A stretch of 64,000 nucleotides of DNA from a virus (Duplodnaviria; Heunggongvirae; Uroviricota; Caudoviricetes): IMG/VR virus record IMGVR_UViG_3300038360_000413; one strand, 5' to 3'. Both the position numbers and the translations under genes were made by a program. Of the stretch, positions 28,180-37,138 are shown in pieces; within the stretch, counting starts at the first letter, position 1; each line of letters starts with the position of its first letter. Below the pieces are notes generated by a model. That model ran no database searches and had not been told where the DNA came from. It saw only the letters and a list, made by a program, of their open reading frames with translations.

Positions 28180-28925
28180 TTACAACAGGCACTACTGATG
28201 CAAGTTCACAACGTTGGGATAGAGTAGCTCATCCTGAAAAAGGATTAGTAGTAAAAAATCAATGGGAAGATTTAAAGCCTTTTTGTGACATTACTCTTTT
28301 ACGAGAAATGGCCCTCATAGGTCCAAATTTAGAAACACACTTATCAGAAAGTAATAGTGAAATTATAATACCGATTGAATTTGATTATAGCACTGCAGAA
28401 ATTCTTACTAAAAAAGCCAACGAGTTACCTCTTATAAATAGAAACCGTATACCCATAGTGTTGAGAGGGGAATTTTTCGATATATTAATAAATACAAAAA
28501 CATTTGAAAAATATGAATTCACGTATTTAGATTTTGACGGCATGTGTGGGTACGATACAGCAGAGCACAGAACAACGATAGCTAAAAGTCTTAAACACGT
28601 ACTAGATGTGTATACTCCAAAGCAATTAATTATTAGATTTACTTTTATACAAAGTCTTCGATGTGCACATACTAATGGTATTGATATAATAAGAGATATG
28701 AGCAAACTTGGGTTTTTTTTAATACCAGCAAAGTTTTCTATAAAAAACAATTTAGAATCTTCAGGTTTCATAAATAACCATGATCAATTTGATTATGTGA
28801 GCTTAATTAATCGTGAAAAAAACATAATTGAAAAAATGAATGCTCCAAAAGAATCTTGTTACTATTATAGAAATCAAGGACGCATGGCACACATGTTGAC
28901 AAATCAATTTATATATGTAGCATAA
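28125..28925 (+). CDS. hypothetical protein
   Basis: 266-aa ORF. Confidence 0.45.
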   Translation: METQTHKIKCETMGRKRLVTTGTTDASSQRWDRVAHPEKGLVVKNQWEDLKPFCDITLLREMALIGPNLETHLSESNSEIIIPIEFDYSTAEILTKKANELPLINRNRIPIVLRGEFFDILINTKTFEKYEFTYLDFDGMCGYDTAEHRTTIAKSLKHVLDVYTPKQLIIRFTFIQSLRCAHTNGIDIIRDMSKLGFFLIPAKFSIKNNLESSGFINNHDQFDYVSLINREKNIIEKMNAPKESCYYYRNQGRMAHMLTNQFIYVA

Positions 28926-28931
28926 AACTTA

Positions 28932-29021
28932 TGCCAGGGTGGGGAAATTTTGGTAGACCCGATACGTTTAGGCCGTATTGATCTTTATGGTCGTGCAGGT
29001 TCGATGCCTGTCCCTGGTACC
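28932..29021 (+). tRNA. tRNA-Leu (anticodon TAG), type II
   Basis: Acceptor GCCAGGG/CCCTGGT, D-stem GGG/CCC, anticodon stem ATACG/CGTAT, loop TTTAGGC, CCA encoded. Confidence 0.6.
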
Positions 29022-29046
29022 AACTTAATAATAAAGGAACAGTAAA

Positions 29047-29421
29047 ATGTTTATAACAAAAGAGTATCTTTCTAATAATCCTGACCACATATTCGTCTTT
29101 GGAGACAATGTTCTGCGATACGGATATGGTGGAGCAGCATCATTACGAGATATGAAAAATACATATGGTTTTATTACTAAACGAAAGCCTAATAATGAAA
29201 AATCTTCGTTCTACAAACCAGACAATTATAAAACTATGTTTGCGGCGGAACTTTTAGATTTGGAAACTGTAATACAGGCACATCCAGAACGAACATATTT
29301 GATTTCTAAACTCGGAGACGGATTAGCTAACAAATACAAGATCTGGGAAGAAGTAATAAAAGATGGTATAAGAATATTAGAGAAATATCCTAACGTAAAA
29401 TTTCTCTTTAAATTCAAATAA
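29047..29421 (+). CDS. hypothetical protein (IFVFGDN...GYGGAA motif)
   Basis: 124-aa ORF; motif hints at a Rossmann-like nucleotide-processing fold, unverified. Confidence 0.4.
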   Translation: MFITKEYLSNNPDHIFVFGDNVLRYGYGGAASLRDMKNTYGFITKRKPNNEKSSFYKPDNYKTMFAAELLDLETVIQAHPERTYLISKLGDGLANKYKIWEEVIKDGIRILEKYPNVKFLFKFK

Positions 29422-29426
29422 ACTAT

Positions 29427-29502
29427 TCTAGGGTAGCTCAATTGGTAGAGCGCCTGATTGTTAATCAGGTGGTTGAGAGTTCAAGTCTCTCCCCTAGAGC
29501 CA
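29427..29502 (+). tRNA. tRNA-Asn (anticodon GTT)
   Basis: Acceptor TCTAGGG/CCCTAGA, D-stem GCTC/GAGC, anticodon stem CCTGA/TCAGG, loop TTGTTAA, T-arm GAGAG-TTCAAGT-CTCTC, CCA encoded. Confidence 0.8.
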
Positions 29503-29504
29503 TG

Positions 29505-29557
29505 CTCCCCCTTTGCGCAAGCCCCGACCTCATGAGTTGACGGCGGGGGAGCTACCA
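29505..29557 (+). ncRNA. 53-nt GC-clamped hairpin/minihelix ending ...GGGGGAGC-T-ACCA
   Basis: GCTCCCCC pairs with GGGGGAGC around a 37-nt interior; no T- or anticodon arm. Confidence 0.25.
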
Positions 29558-29573
29558 ATTAATTAAAATTCCG

Positions 29574-29646
29574 ACGCGGGATAACAGTCAATGCAGATTT
29601 TTGGGCTCATACCCCGGAGCGTGTAGGTTCAAGTCCTACTCCCGCT
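29574..29646 (+). tRNA. tRNA-Met (CAT), initiator-like
   Basis: Loop CTCATAC; three G:C pairs at the base of the anticodon stem (GGG/CCC); position 1:72 C-U unpaired. Confidence 0.55.
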
Positions 29647-29669
29647 ACTAATAACAACATAAAATTCTG

Positions 29670-29747
29670 ACGCAGGGTGATAGCAGTCCGGTAGCTTGCG
29701 AGGCTCATAACCTTGAGGTCGGGGGTTCGAATCCCTCCCCTGCAACC
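29670..29747 (+). tRNA. tRNA with CAT anticodon (elongator Met or Ile2)
   Basis: Acceptor CGCAGGG/CCCTGCA (C1-A72 mismatch), loop CTCATAA, T-arm GGGGG-TTCGAAT-CCCTC, CCA encoded. Confidence 0.6.
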
Positions 29748-29766
29748 ATTTAAAAAAAGGAAACAC

Positions 29767-30255
29767 ATGATAACAATTGGATTATTCGGAACTTGTGGCA
29801 ACAGTAAATGGAGAGATCCATTTATAAGAGTCTACACTGATGAAAAAATTAATTTTTTTAATCCTCAGGTTGAAGATTGGAAACCAGAAGATGCAGCAAT
29901 TGAAGCGGAACATCTGGCATCTGATCAAATAATACTATTTCCCATCACTAGCGAAACCTATGCAATAGGTTCATTAGCAGAAACAGGATTTAGTATTTTA
30001 AATGCTATTAAATTAGATGACCGTAGAGATTTCATAATCTTTATTGATCCTAACTTGGATGAAGTATTAGATAATGAAGTAGCTAGAAAAGAGAGTCTTA
30101 GAGCTCGCGCCTTAGTTCTACAGCATCTTAAAAAGCTGCGTTTGGGTAATTTGTATGTAGTAAATTCATTAGAAGTAATGCTTATTACTAGTATTAGATT
30201 AAATGAAATTGCTCTTATTAAAGAACCCTTGAAGCAGTTTAATCCACATAAATAA
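29767..30255 (+). CDS. hypothetical protein
   Basis: Start moved to ATG after the tRNA (MITIGLFGTCGNSKW...). Confidence 0.45.
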   Translation: MITIGLFGTCGNSKWRDPFIRVYTDEKINFFNPQVEDWKPEDAAIEAEHLASDQIILFPITSETYAIGSLAETGFSILNAIKLDDRRDFIIFIDPNLDEVLDNEVARKESLRARALVLQHLKKLRLGNLYVVNSLEVMLITSIRLNEIALIKEPLKQFNPHK

Positions 30256-30262
30256 ATATCTT

Positions 30263-30336
30263 CTCGATGTAGCCAAGGCTGGTAAGGCGGCACTTTCATA
30301 AGGTGTGTATCGGAGGTTCAAATCCTCCTATCGGGA
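30263..30336 (+). tRNA. tRNA with CAT anticodon (third copy; Met or Ile2)
   Basis: Acceptor CTCGATG/TATCGGG (two G-U pairs), D-stem GCC/GGC, loop TTCATAA, T-arm GGAGG-TTCAAAT-CCTCC. Confidence 0.5.
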
Positions 30337-30338
30337 CT

Positions 30339-30424
30339 GTGTAGGTGGTAGATTTGGGAATACACTCGGCTGTGACCCGAGTTGGAGACAGCTCCTCATG
30401 CGGGTTCGAACCCCGTCCTACACC
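30339..30424 (+). tRNA. type-II tRNA (long variable arm) with anticodon GTG
   Basis: Perfect acceptor GTGTAGG/CCTACAC, 3-bp D-stem GTA/TAC, perfect anticodon stem CTCGG/CCGAG, loop CTGTGAC, variable hairpin GGAG-ACAG-CTCC, T-arm GCGGG-TTCGAAC-CCCGT. Confidence 0.55.
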
Positions 30425-30461
30425 CAAATAAGAAAACATTCCAACAAAATAAGGAAAGGAA

Positions 30462-31451
30462 ATGCAAACGAAAAACAGAAAATATAGCCCTCCCACAGAG
30501 GTATCCGATCAACCTGGTATTCCCGAAACAGCCTTCGATGTGACAGAACAAGATTCAAATACGATATTAGTATTCCAAAACTATTATACACAGTATCAAG
30601 TTAGTGCTGGAAAAGATTACACTCCCTGCCCAGAAACGGTTTCCAGCATACCAAGTGGTTGCTATAAAACCGGATGGAACGGCAATCTAAGCATTCCAGT
30701 TTTTGAAAAACAACCATTTAATATATCTGAACTAATCAGATTTGAAGATAGTATTTTTGAAGAAATTATCGATGAAATTGCAGTTTTTTGGACTATGAAG
30801 CAGAAATACTTAGAACATGGTGAATCACATAAACGAGGATTTTTATTATACGGACCTCCGGGCGGTGGAAAAACATCTTTAGTTAAGCTATTAGTAGATG
30901 ATTTTATTAAAAATGAAGGAATTGTATTTTATTTTACATACCACATAGACGATGGCATCAAAAGATTTAGAGAAATTGAACCCGATGTTCCAGTAATGAT
31001 TATATTAGAGGATATAGACTCTCTCATACAAGATGGTGATTCGGAAAATAAAATACTAGGCTTATTAGATGGAGAAATTCAGTTAGAAAATACTATAATT
31101 TTAGCAACTACAAACTATCCAGAACGTTTGCCTGACAGAATTAAGAATAGACCTTCACGATTTGATAGAATCGAGGCAGTAGGGTTGCCGTCAGCTAAAG
31201 ACAGGACAGTTTATTTGAAAGCAAAAAACACAACTTTGACTTCTGTTCAAATTAAAAAATGGACAAAAGACACTAAAGGGTTTACACTTGCACATATAAA
31301 AGAATTACTACTATCGGTAGAAGTTTTTAATTTAAAGTACGAAGACACTTTAACACGATTAAATATCATGAGAGAAAGATTAGCTACATCTAAAGATTTT
31401 GAAAAGGATATGAACATTAAAAAAACTGGACACGACATAGGTTTTAATTAA
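30462..31451 (+). CDS. AAA+ ATPase
   Basis: Walker A GPPGGGKT, Walker B IILEDID, arginine-finger region; about 330 aa. Confidence 0.7.
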   Translation: MQTKNRKYSPPTEVSDQPGIPETAFDVTEQDSNTILVFQNYYTQYQVSAGKDYTPCPETVSSIPSGCYKTGWNGNLSIPVFEKQPFNISELIRFEDSIFEEIIDEIAVFWTMKQKYLEHGESHKRGFLLYGPPGGGKTSLVKLLVDDFIKNEGIVFYFTYHIDDGIKRFREIEPDVPVMIILEDIDSLIQDGDSENKILGLLDGEIQLENTIILATTNYPERLPDRIKNRPSRFDRIEAVGLPSAKDRTVYLKAKNTTLTSVQIKKWTKDTKGFTLAHIKELLLSVEVFNLKYEDTLTRLNIMRERLATSKDFEKDMNIKKTGHDIGFN

Positions 31452-31466
31452 TCAATTAACAAACTA

Positions 31467-31550
31467 GGGGCGATGCTAGAGCGGTCGAATAGGGTGGTTT
31501 GCAAAACCATCGAGTATATCTCCACATCAGTTCGAATCTGATTCGTCCCT
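31467..31550 (+). tRNA. tRNA with Cys anticodon (GCA) but a 15-nt variable region
   Basis: Acceptor GGGGCGA/TCGTCCC, anticodon stem GTGGT/ACCAT, loop TTGCAAA, T-arm ATCAG-TTCGAAT-CTGAT. Confidence 0.45.
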
Positions 31551-31569
31551 CAAATAACCAAGAAAGATT

Positions 31570-31968
31570 ATGACAACAATAACAACATTATTCATAATAA
31601 TGTGGATTCTTGGAGCGCATACGGCATCGGATTATTTTCTGCAGCCAAAAGATGCTGCTAAAAAGAAATCCATAGACTTAAAAGTCTTTTTACAACACAT
31701 ACTTATATATACAGTAGCCATGAGTATTTTAGTAGGCACTCCTTTAATAATAATTTTAGGATGGACTGAAGCGTCTGTAATGGCGGTGTTACTTTGGCTA
31801 CTTATAACAGGATGCGCGCACTTGTTAGTCGATATATTTACAAAGCATGTTTACATGCATTATTTTTTATTAAGACAAAACAAGAATTTGATTAACGCAA
31901 TTGGTGTCGATCAATATGCACATCAGGTATTTTTAATACTTGCATTTATGTTTGTATTTTTACTATAA
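31570..31968 (+). CDS. integral membrane protein (4 TM)
   Basis: Hydrophobicity pattern. Confidence 0.45.
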   Translation: MTTITTLFIIMWILGAHTASDYFLQPKDAAKKKSIDLKVFLQHILIYTVAMSILVGTPLIIILGWTEASVMAVLLWLLITGCAHLLVDIFTKHVYMHYFLLRQNKNLINAIGVDQYAHQVFLILAFMFVFLL

Positions 31969-31974
31969 TTAATT

Positions 31975-32054
31975 GAGGGTATGGTGAAGTCCGGTCAAAC
32001 ACGTACGGCTTACATCCGTATATTCCCTAGGTTCGAATCCTAGTATCCTCACAA
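31975..32054 (+). tRNA. tRNA-Val (anticodon TAC)
   Basis: Acceptor GAGGGTA/TATCCTC, anticodon stem TACGG/CCGTA, loop CTTACAT, T-arm CTAGG-TTCGAAT-CCTAG. Confidence 0.65.
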
Positions 32055-32171
32055 ACAACTTAACAACAGGAGAGCATCATGCTATAGAAAGCATTATATA
32101 ATAAATCACCTCCTTAAGTACTGTATTTTCCTATAAACAGTAACTTAAAACAATTAACAAGGTAATTTATT

Positions 32172-32483
32172 ATGAACCAAGAAATCTTAAAAATAAAAGA
32201 AGAACAAAAAGCGTTAGGCAAACACATCCGTGAACTTAAAAAGAAAAGAAAAGGAAACGGATCAGATTGGAGACTTCAATGTGAGATAGAAGAAAAATCA
32301 CGTGAGTTCAGACACAAACATATCGCTAGATGTGAATTAAGGGGTCGCACAAGAGAACAAATTGAAGCAAAAGTTAGAGACGGCAACGAGCCTAATGAGT
32401 CTCAAATATCAGTATACAAATCCAAATATTTAAAAAGAATCGAATCGGCTATGGAGCCTGTCTTAGAAAAGGTGGCTTCATAA
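32172..32483 (+). CDS. hypothetical basic protein
   Basis: 103-aa ORF. Confidence 0.4.
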   Translation: MNQEILKIKEEQKALGKHIRELKKKRKGNGSDWRLQCEIEEKSREFRHKHIARCELRGRTREQIEAKVRDGNEPNESQISVYKSKYLKRIESAMEPVLEKVAS

Positions 32484-32779
32484 TGGAGCCGTATTTATAT
32501 ATTATTTGTCGAAGAGATCTGGACCCGGTGTATGCTGCGGTCCAGGGAGGACATGCTTTAGCAGACTTTTTGTTACGTAAAAAACAAAATGACTGGAACA
32601 ATAATTATCTCATATACTTAACAGTTCGAGATGAAAAAGCATTACAGAAATTACGAGACAAACTAATATACAAAGATATAGAAATCGGAAGTTTTAAAGA
32701 ACCAGATTTAAAAGACGAATTAACAGCGCTTGCTATAGAGAATAATCAATCTCTGTTTAAACGCCTGCAAGTACTATAA
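32483..32779 (+). CDS. PTH2-like (aminoacyl/peptidyl-tRNA hydrolase family) candidate
   Basis: AAVQGGHALA segment resembles the PTH2 active-site region. Confidence 0.35.
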   Translation: MEPYLYIICRRDLDPVYAAVQGGHALADFLLRKKQNDWNNNYLIYLTVRDEKALQKLRDKLIYKDIEIGSFKEPDLKDELTALAIENNQSLFKRLQVL

Positions 32780-32785
32780 GCAAAT

Positions 32786-32859
32786 GCGCGAGTAGTTCTA
32801 GCGGCTAGAACAGGAGATTCTAAATCTCTGTGTCGCGGGTTCAAGTCCCGCCTCGCGCA
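32786..32859 (+). tRNA. suppressor tRNA, anticodon CTA (reads UAG amber)
   Basis: Canonical 75-nt cloverleaf: acceptor GCGCGAG/CTCGCGC, D-stem GTTC/GAAC, anticodon stem GGAGA/TCTCT, loop TTCTAAA, T-arm GCGGG-TTCAAGT-CCCGC. Confidence 0.7.
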
Positions 32860-32870
32860 CATAAAATTAA

Positions 32871-32943
32871 CGGCTCCTACGTAGACCAGGTGGATATGCG
32901 GGACTGAAAATCCTGAGAGTGCGGTTCGATACCGCAAGGGGCC
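32871..32943 (+). tRNA. tRNA-Phe (anticodon GAA)
   Basis: Acceptor GGCTCCT/AGGGGCC, anticodon stem CGGGA/TCCTG, loop CTGAAAA, T-arm TGCGG-TTCGATA-CCGCA. Confidence 0.55.
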
Positions 32944-32964
32944 ACAACAATAGGAACAAAAAAA

Positions 32965-33513
32965 ATGAGAACACGTACACTTGTTATTAATAAAAGTTAT
33001 ATGGCTTTACACGTAGTAGATTGGCAAAGAGCAATGACTTTAGTATGTAAAGGTATAGCGGAAAGAGTTGAAACCCATACGGAGGGACACTTACGAACGA
33101 CAAGTGGAGGCGTTAGTAAAGAATGGGGAATGCCAGCAGTCATACGACTTGTAGATTTCAACTTTCCACCAAAAGGCGGACAACAATACCAACGTCTTAA
33201 TAAGCATAATTTATGGATGAGAGACGGAGGTAAATGTGTATATTGCGATATAGACTTAAGCACACACAATATGACTGCAGATCATGTTATTCCTAAAAGT
33301 AAAGGTGGCAAAAAATCTTGGGATAATCTAGTATGTTCTTGTAAGAAGTGTAATGGCAAAAAAGGAGATAAAACTCCAGTACAAGCTAATATGCCTTTGA
33401 AAAAGAAACCATATGCACCAACTCTGAATGCATCTTTATCTATTAAGATAAGGAAAGAAATCAGTCTTTATAAAATAGTCCCTCAAACTTGGAAACCCTA
33501 CATTTTTTGGTAA
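32965..33513 (+). CDS. HNH endonuclease
   Basis: CVYCD...ADHVIPKSKGG...CSCKKCNGKKGDK HNH-N motif. Confidence 0.65.
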   Translation: MRTRTLVINKSYMALHVVDWQRAMTLVCKGIAERVETHTEGHLRTTSGGVSKEWGMPAVIRLVDFNFPPKGGQQYQRLNKHNLWMRDGGKCVYCDIDLSTHNMTADHVIPKSKGGKKSWDNLVCSCKKCNGKKGDKTPVQANMPLKKKPYAPTLNASLSIKIRKEISLYKIVPQTWKPYIFW

Positions 33514-33522
33514 AAGACTTTT

Positions 33523-33598
33523 GCGCCTGTATGCCGCTCGGTTACGAACCGAGAGAAAGCTAATTGGACACATACAGGTTCGACTCCTGTCAGGCGTA
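33523..33598 (+). ncRNA. atypical 76-nt tRNA-like gene: anticodon-arm hairpin (loop TTACGAA, ACG) 7 nt after the acceptor; D-loop-like AGCTAATTGGA after it
   Basis: Acceptor GCGCCTG/CAGGCGT and T-arm ACAGG-TTCGACT-CCTGT are perfect, but arm order is non-canonical. Confidence 0.35.
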
Positions 33599-33656
33599 CA
33601 AATAAAACAGAGAAAATAATAAATAACAAATAATAGGTTTTACCGGGAGGACTTAC

Positions 33657-34340
33657 GTGAAAGTACAGTTGGAATCAAAAGAAAGACTGAAAACCTGTAC
33701 AAAATGTAAGACCAAAAAACCTACAACCGAATTTCATAAAAAAACATCCGCAAAAAGCGGATTGTGTTCACATTGCAAATCTTGTGTAAAAAAATATAAT
33801 GCTGAACATAAAACTGAGATAGCCGAACGCGGTCGAAAATATCGTGTGAAACATAAAGTTGAAATATGTAAAAGAAAACAAAAATATCATGCTGAGCATA
33901 AAACTGAAATAGATAAAAAAAATAAAACATATTATATAAATCACAAAGTTGAAATAGCTGAGCGTAAGCGCAAATATAGAATTAAACATGCAGTAGAAAT
34001 AATCGAAAATCGACGAAAGTATTGTATTAAACATAGTGATAAAATTATAGAACAGACTCGAAAATGGCGAAAGAATAATCGAGATAAACATGCAGCAATA
34101 CAAGCAAAAAGAAGAGCAAATAAAATAGCTCAGACTCCAGTTAATGCCGACATGAAGAAGATCGGTGAGTTTTATACTGAAGCACGTCGGCTAACCGAAG
34201 AAATCGGAATTCCCCACGAAGTTGATCATATTATACCGATAAGTAAAGGAGGACTTCATCACGAAGATAACTTACAGATCCTAACGAAGTCGGAAAATTG
34301 TCGGAAAAGCGATAAACTTCCCGAAGAATTAGAAAAATAA
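33657..34340 (+). CDS. HNH endonuclease with N-terminal K/R-rich repeats
   Basis: C-terminal HEVDHIIPISKGG...NLQ HNH motif; repeated KYRVKHKVEI units. Confidence 0.55.
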   Translation: MKVQLESKERLKTCTKCKTKKPTTEFHKKTSAKSGLCSHCKSCVKKYNAEHKTEIAERGRKYRVKHKVEICKRKQKYHAEHKTEIDKKNKTYYINHKVEIAERKRKYRIKHAVEIIENRRKYCIKHSDKIIEQTRKWRKNNRDKHAAIQAKRRANKIAQTPVNADMKKIGEFYTEARRLTEEIGIPHEVDHIIPISKGGLHHEDNLQILTKSENCRKSDKLPEELEK

Positions 34341-34365
34341 ACAAACAAAATAAAGGTAATAAACA

Positions 34366-36486
34366 ATGAATATTAATTCGATCTTTTTAAGACGAAAGAG
34401 CAAAATATGTCTTCCTGAAATAACAGAAGGCAATAAAGCAATCCCGGTTACTTACTTAGCAGCTATGTTAAGAAATTTCGCAGGGCTTGGATTTATATTT
34501 ACAACAAATGTAATAGAACGTCTAAAATATCTTCCAGTATCTGTACTTGAAGATTTCTATCTAAAGACTATGATTACTCTTAAACAACTAAAAGGTGTTA
34601 AAACCTACGAACCGATGTATCCTAATTTCCCTAAACAGGTAATGGAGGCATCCTCAGCCGAGCTCTTTATGAATGCTATAGTGCAGTATTGGTTTGGCGC
34701 ATATCCAGCATATGAAAAAGAAGAAAGACTTCCTCTTTTTGAAGAAACTGAAATAACTGTAATAGATTTAGGAACTCCAAAAGAATTTGGAAAAATCTTT
34801 CATGACATGATGTCTTCAAATGCCTCTATATCAGAATTAGATAAAAAAGAACTAGACTGGTTCTTTGCAAATCTTACTGATTTGGCATGTCGAATGGTTC
34901 CAGCTGCAATGCCACAAAAAGAAATTTTGGCATATACAGTAGGACTTATTTCTAAATATGTTACTGGGAACATTGAACTTATTATGCCTCTCTTTACAAC
35001 TGCAACAGATGTATTGAGATTGGCTGTGGCTTTGTCTGACGGCGACGTTAGTTTAGCTAAGAAAACTAAGTTCAGAAACTTTACTCGACCAGAACGTAGA
35101 TTGTTCTTAGCAGTTATAAATTCTCTAAATTACTACAATCTTAGAGAAAATATGCAGCAATACAGAGAACCGTGGTTACGTATCGCTCATCAACTACATC
35201 CAGGTGAAGTTCAATTCAAATATCCAACTGCCTTTAAAGCATTTCATGCCCTTCGAAACGAAAACAAAGTGAGAACTTTTGATGGTAAGGTGGAAATAGC
35301 ATTTAAGAACAAAAACTGCGTCGATCTGTGCACGCTTTTGGTCAAAAGACCGGGTGTTTTTGCACGTACATTGGACAGAATTCTTAGAAGTTTTCCAAAC
35401 GAACACGCCCAGATTTTGAGTGAATTTGCAACAGTTGCAGCTGAGGCATCTACTCCTGTACTAATACAAACATTAGCACATATTCGTAAACGTTCGAATA
35501 CTCCTCAATTGCGTTCTTATGTTCCTAAGGGAAACATTGGTAAAGTACAAATTCATGACAATACTTTTACAGACTTACCTTCTGACACTGTTAAAAGTGC
35601 AGAAGCTGTGTGTGAAAAATCTCTTGAAACTAAGTTTAGTGACTTAGATGAAATGCAAACAGTATTCTTAGATGATAACATGGTAGACTATGTAATACCT
35701 TTCGGACAACGTTCAGCTTCTGAAGCTCTACGCATAATTCCAAGAGGATCTCATATGCCATTAGCTGATAAAAGCACCCTACGTCTTTTCACTTGGTGGA
35801 AAAATAACACTGGAAGAGTGGACGTGGATTTATCAGTGCTACTATTTCGTGAGGATTGGAGCACATATGGACGTTTATCATACACAAATCTAAGAGATGA
35901 TAACATACGATCTTATCATAGCGGAGATATCACAAGTCCAGCACCTGCAGGTGCTTGCGAGTTTGTTGATATCAACAAGCAGTCAGCACTACGCAAAGGA
36001 GCCCGATTTGTATTAATGAATCTTCTTTCCTACACACGTCAGCCATTCAAAGATTTCGAGTGTATAGCTGGTTGGATGGACAGAGACGGTATACAATCTG
36101 GTGAAATTTTCGAACCAACTACGGTTACACAGAGATATGATGTAAACAGTGATGTTAGAGTACATATCCCAGTGTTATTTGACCTAAAAGAGAACAAAGC
36201 AATTTGGATCGATTTGGCAATCACTGATAAAATTAACCGAGGCGGAAATAACGTTGAATCTAATGCTGTGACTTTAAACAGGTTAGCGCAAGTAATAACC
36301 GAAAGAGGTTACTACAATTTGCATGAACTGTTCAAATTACACACAAGAGCTCGTAAGGGTAAGTTTGTAGAAACACCCGAAGAAGCGGACGTAGTTTTCA
36401 CTGCTTCCGACTATAAATCTGAAAATAAGCAAACGGTGGTAACGCCGTATGACACTGAAGTAATCGCTGCAGAGTTTCTTCAGTAA
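34366..36486 (+). CDS. large hypothetical protein (706 aa) immediately upstream of the tRNA-like array
   Basis: Long uninterrupted ORF followed by hairpin terminator at 36521-36540. Confidence 0.55.
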   Translation: MNINSIFLRRKSKICLPEITEGNKAIPVTYLAAMLRNFAGLGFIFTTNVIERLKYLPVSVLEDFYLKTMITLKQLKGVKTYEPMYPNFPKQVMEASSAELFMNAIVQYWFGAYPAYEKEERLPLFEETEITVIDLGTPKEFGKIFHDMMSSNASISELDKKELDWFFANLTDLACRMVPAAMPQKEILAYTVGLISKYVTGNIELIMPLFTTATDVLRLAVALSDGDVSLAKKTKFRNFTRPERRLFLAVINSLNYYNLRENMQQYREPWLRIAHQLHPGEVQFKYPTAFKAFHALRNENKVRTFDGKVEIAFKNKNCVDLCTLLVKRPGVFARTLDRILRSFPNEHAQILSEFATVAAEASTPVLIQTLAHIRKRSNTPQLRSYVPKGNIGKVQIHDNTFTDLPSDTVKSAEAVCEKSLETKFSDLDEMQTVFLDDNMVDYVIPFGQRSASEALRIIPRGSHMPLADKSTLRLFTWWKNNTGRVDVDLSVLLFREDWSTYGRLSYTNLRDDNIRSYHSGDITSPAPAGACEFVDINKQSALRKGARFVLMNLLSYTRQPFKDFECIAGWMDRDGIQSGEIFEPTTVTQRYDVNSDVRVHIPVLFDLKENKAIWIDLAITDKINRGGNNVESNAVTLNRLAQVITERGYYNLHELFKLHTRARKGKFVETPEEADVVFTASDYKSENKQTVVTPYDTEVIAAEFLQ

Positions 36487-36520
36487 CTAGACTCATCCAC
36501 CATGTGTGGAAAGAGATGAG

Positions 36521-36545
36521 CCTCCCTTTAACCGGGGAGGCTGTA
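36521..36545 (+). terminator. hairpin terminator (CCTCCC-TTTAACCG-GGGAGG)
   Basis: Perfect 6-bp GC stem after the 706-aa ORF. Confidence 0.45.
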
Positions 36546-36547
36546 AT

Positions 36548-36618
36548 ACGGAGGTAGCTCAACAGAAGAGCGATGGGTCGCTCCCTGCGTGCTGGTTCAA
36601 ATCCAGCCCTCCGTGCCA
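36548..36618 (+). ncRNA. tRNA-like gene with truncated anticodon arm, CCA encoded
   Basis: Acceptor ACGGAGG/CCTCCGT, D-stem GCTC/GAGC, T-arm GCTGG-TTCAAAT-CCAGC, G-CCA; only 18 nt where anticodon arm plus variable should be. Confidence 0.35.
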
Positions 36619-36758
36619 AATTCGCTGGCTATTTTATTGCTTCCTTCTAAACGCCCAGTGGGCACTTGAATAAGGATCAAACAAAAAACAGTAATAAAGA
36701 TTTCCAGCAAACAATTCGTTTGGCTATATGATAGTTTCCTTCCATAATTTGCCTTAAA

Positions 36759-36830
36759 AGCAAGCGGTTGCGGGTTCGAGTCCCGTCACCATCTTCGGGT
36801 GGTGTAGCTCAATTGGTAGAGCTCTTAATC
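36759..36830 (+). ncRNA. permuted tRNA-like module U1
   Basis: T-arm GCGGG-TTCGAGT-CCCGT, CACCATC-TTCG-GGTGGTG closed acceptor, D-arm GCTC-AATTGGTA-GAGC. Confidence 0.45.
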
Positions 36831-37138
36831 CAACTGTCGTGATTTCCAAACACCCTTTTACTAGATCGTTTAATAAGTACGCTTCGTACTTAGAGATACT
36901 TGCAAAAGATCTTCAACGTAAAGAACTTCTCTTCGATGTCCTGACGGGACATCAGAGAAATTCACAAAGACCTCGTACAAACCCCGGCAACCAGGACTTT
37001 TCCTTCCAGATTCATGAACTCTCTACGAGTGTCCATCAAATCGTTACAGGAAACTACCTGGTGCCAGCTTTGTACATAGCCTTTTAGTAGTAAACAAATT
37101 TCGTTTGGCTATTTATAAACTTCCTTCTATAAACGCAA

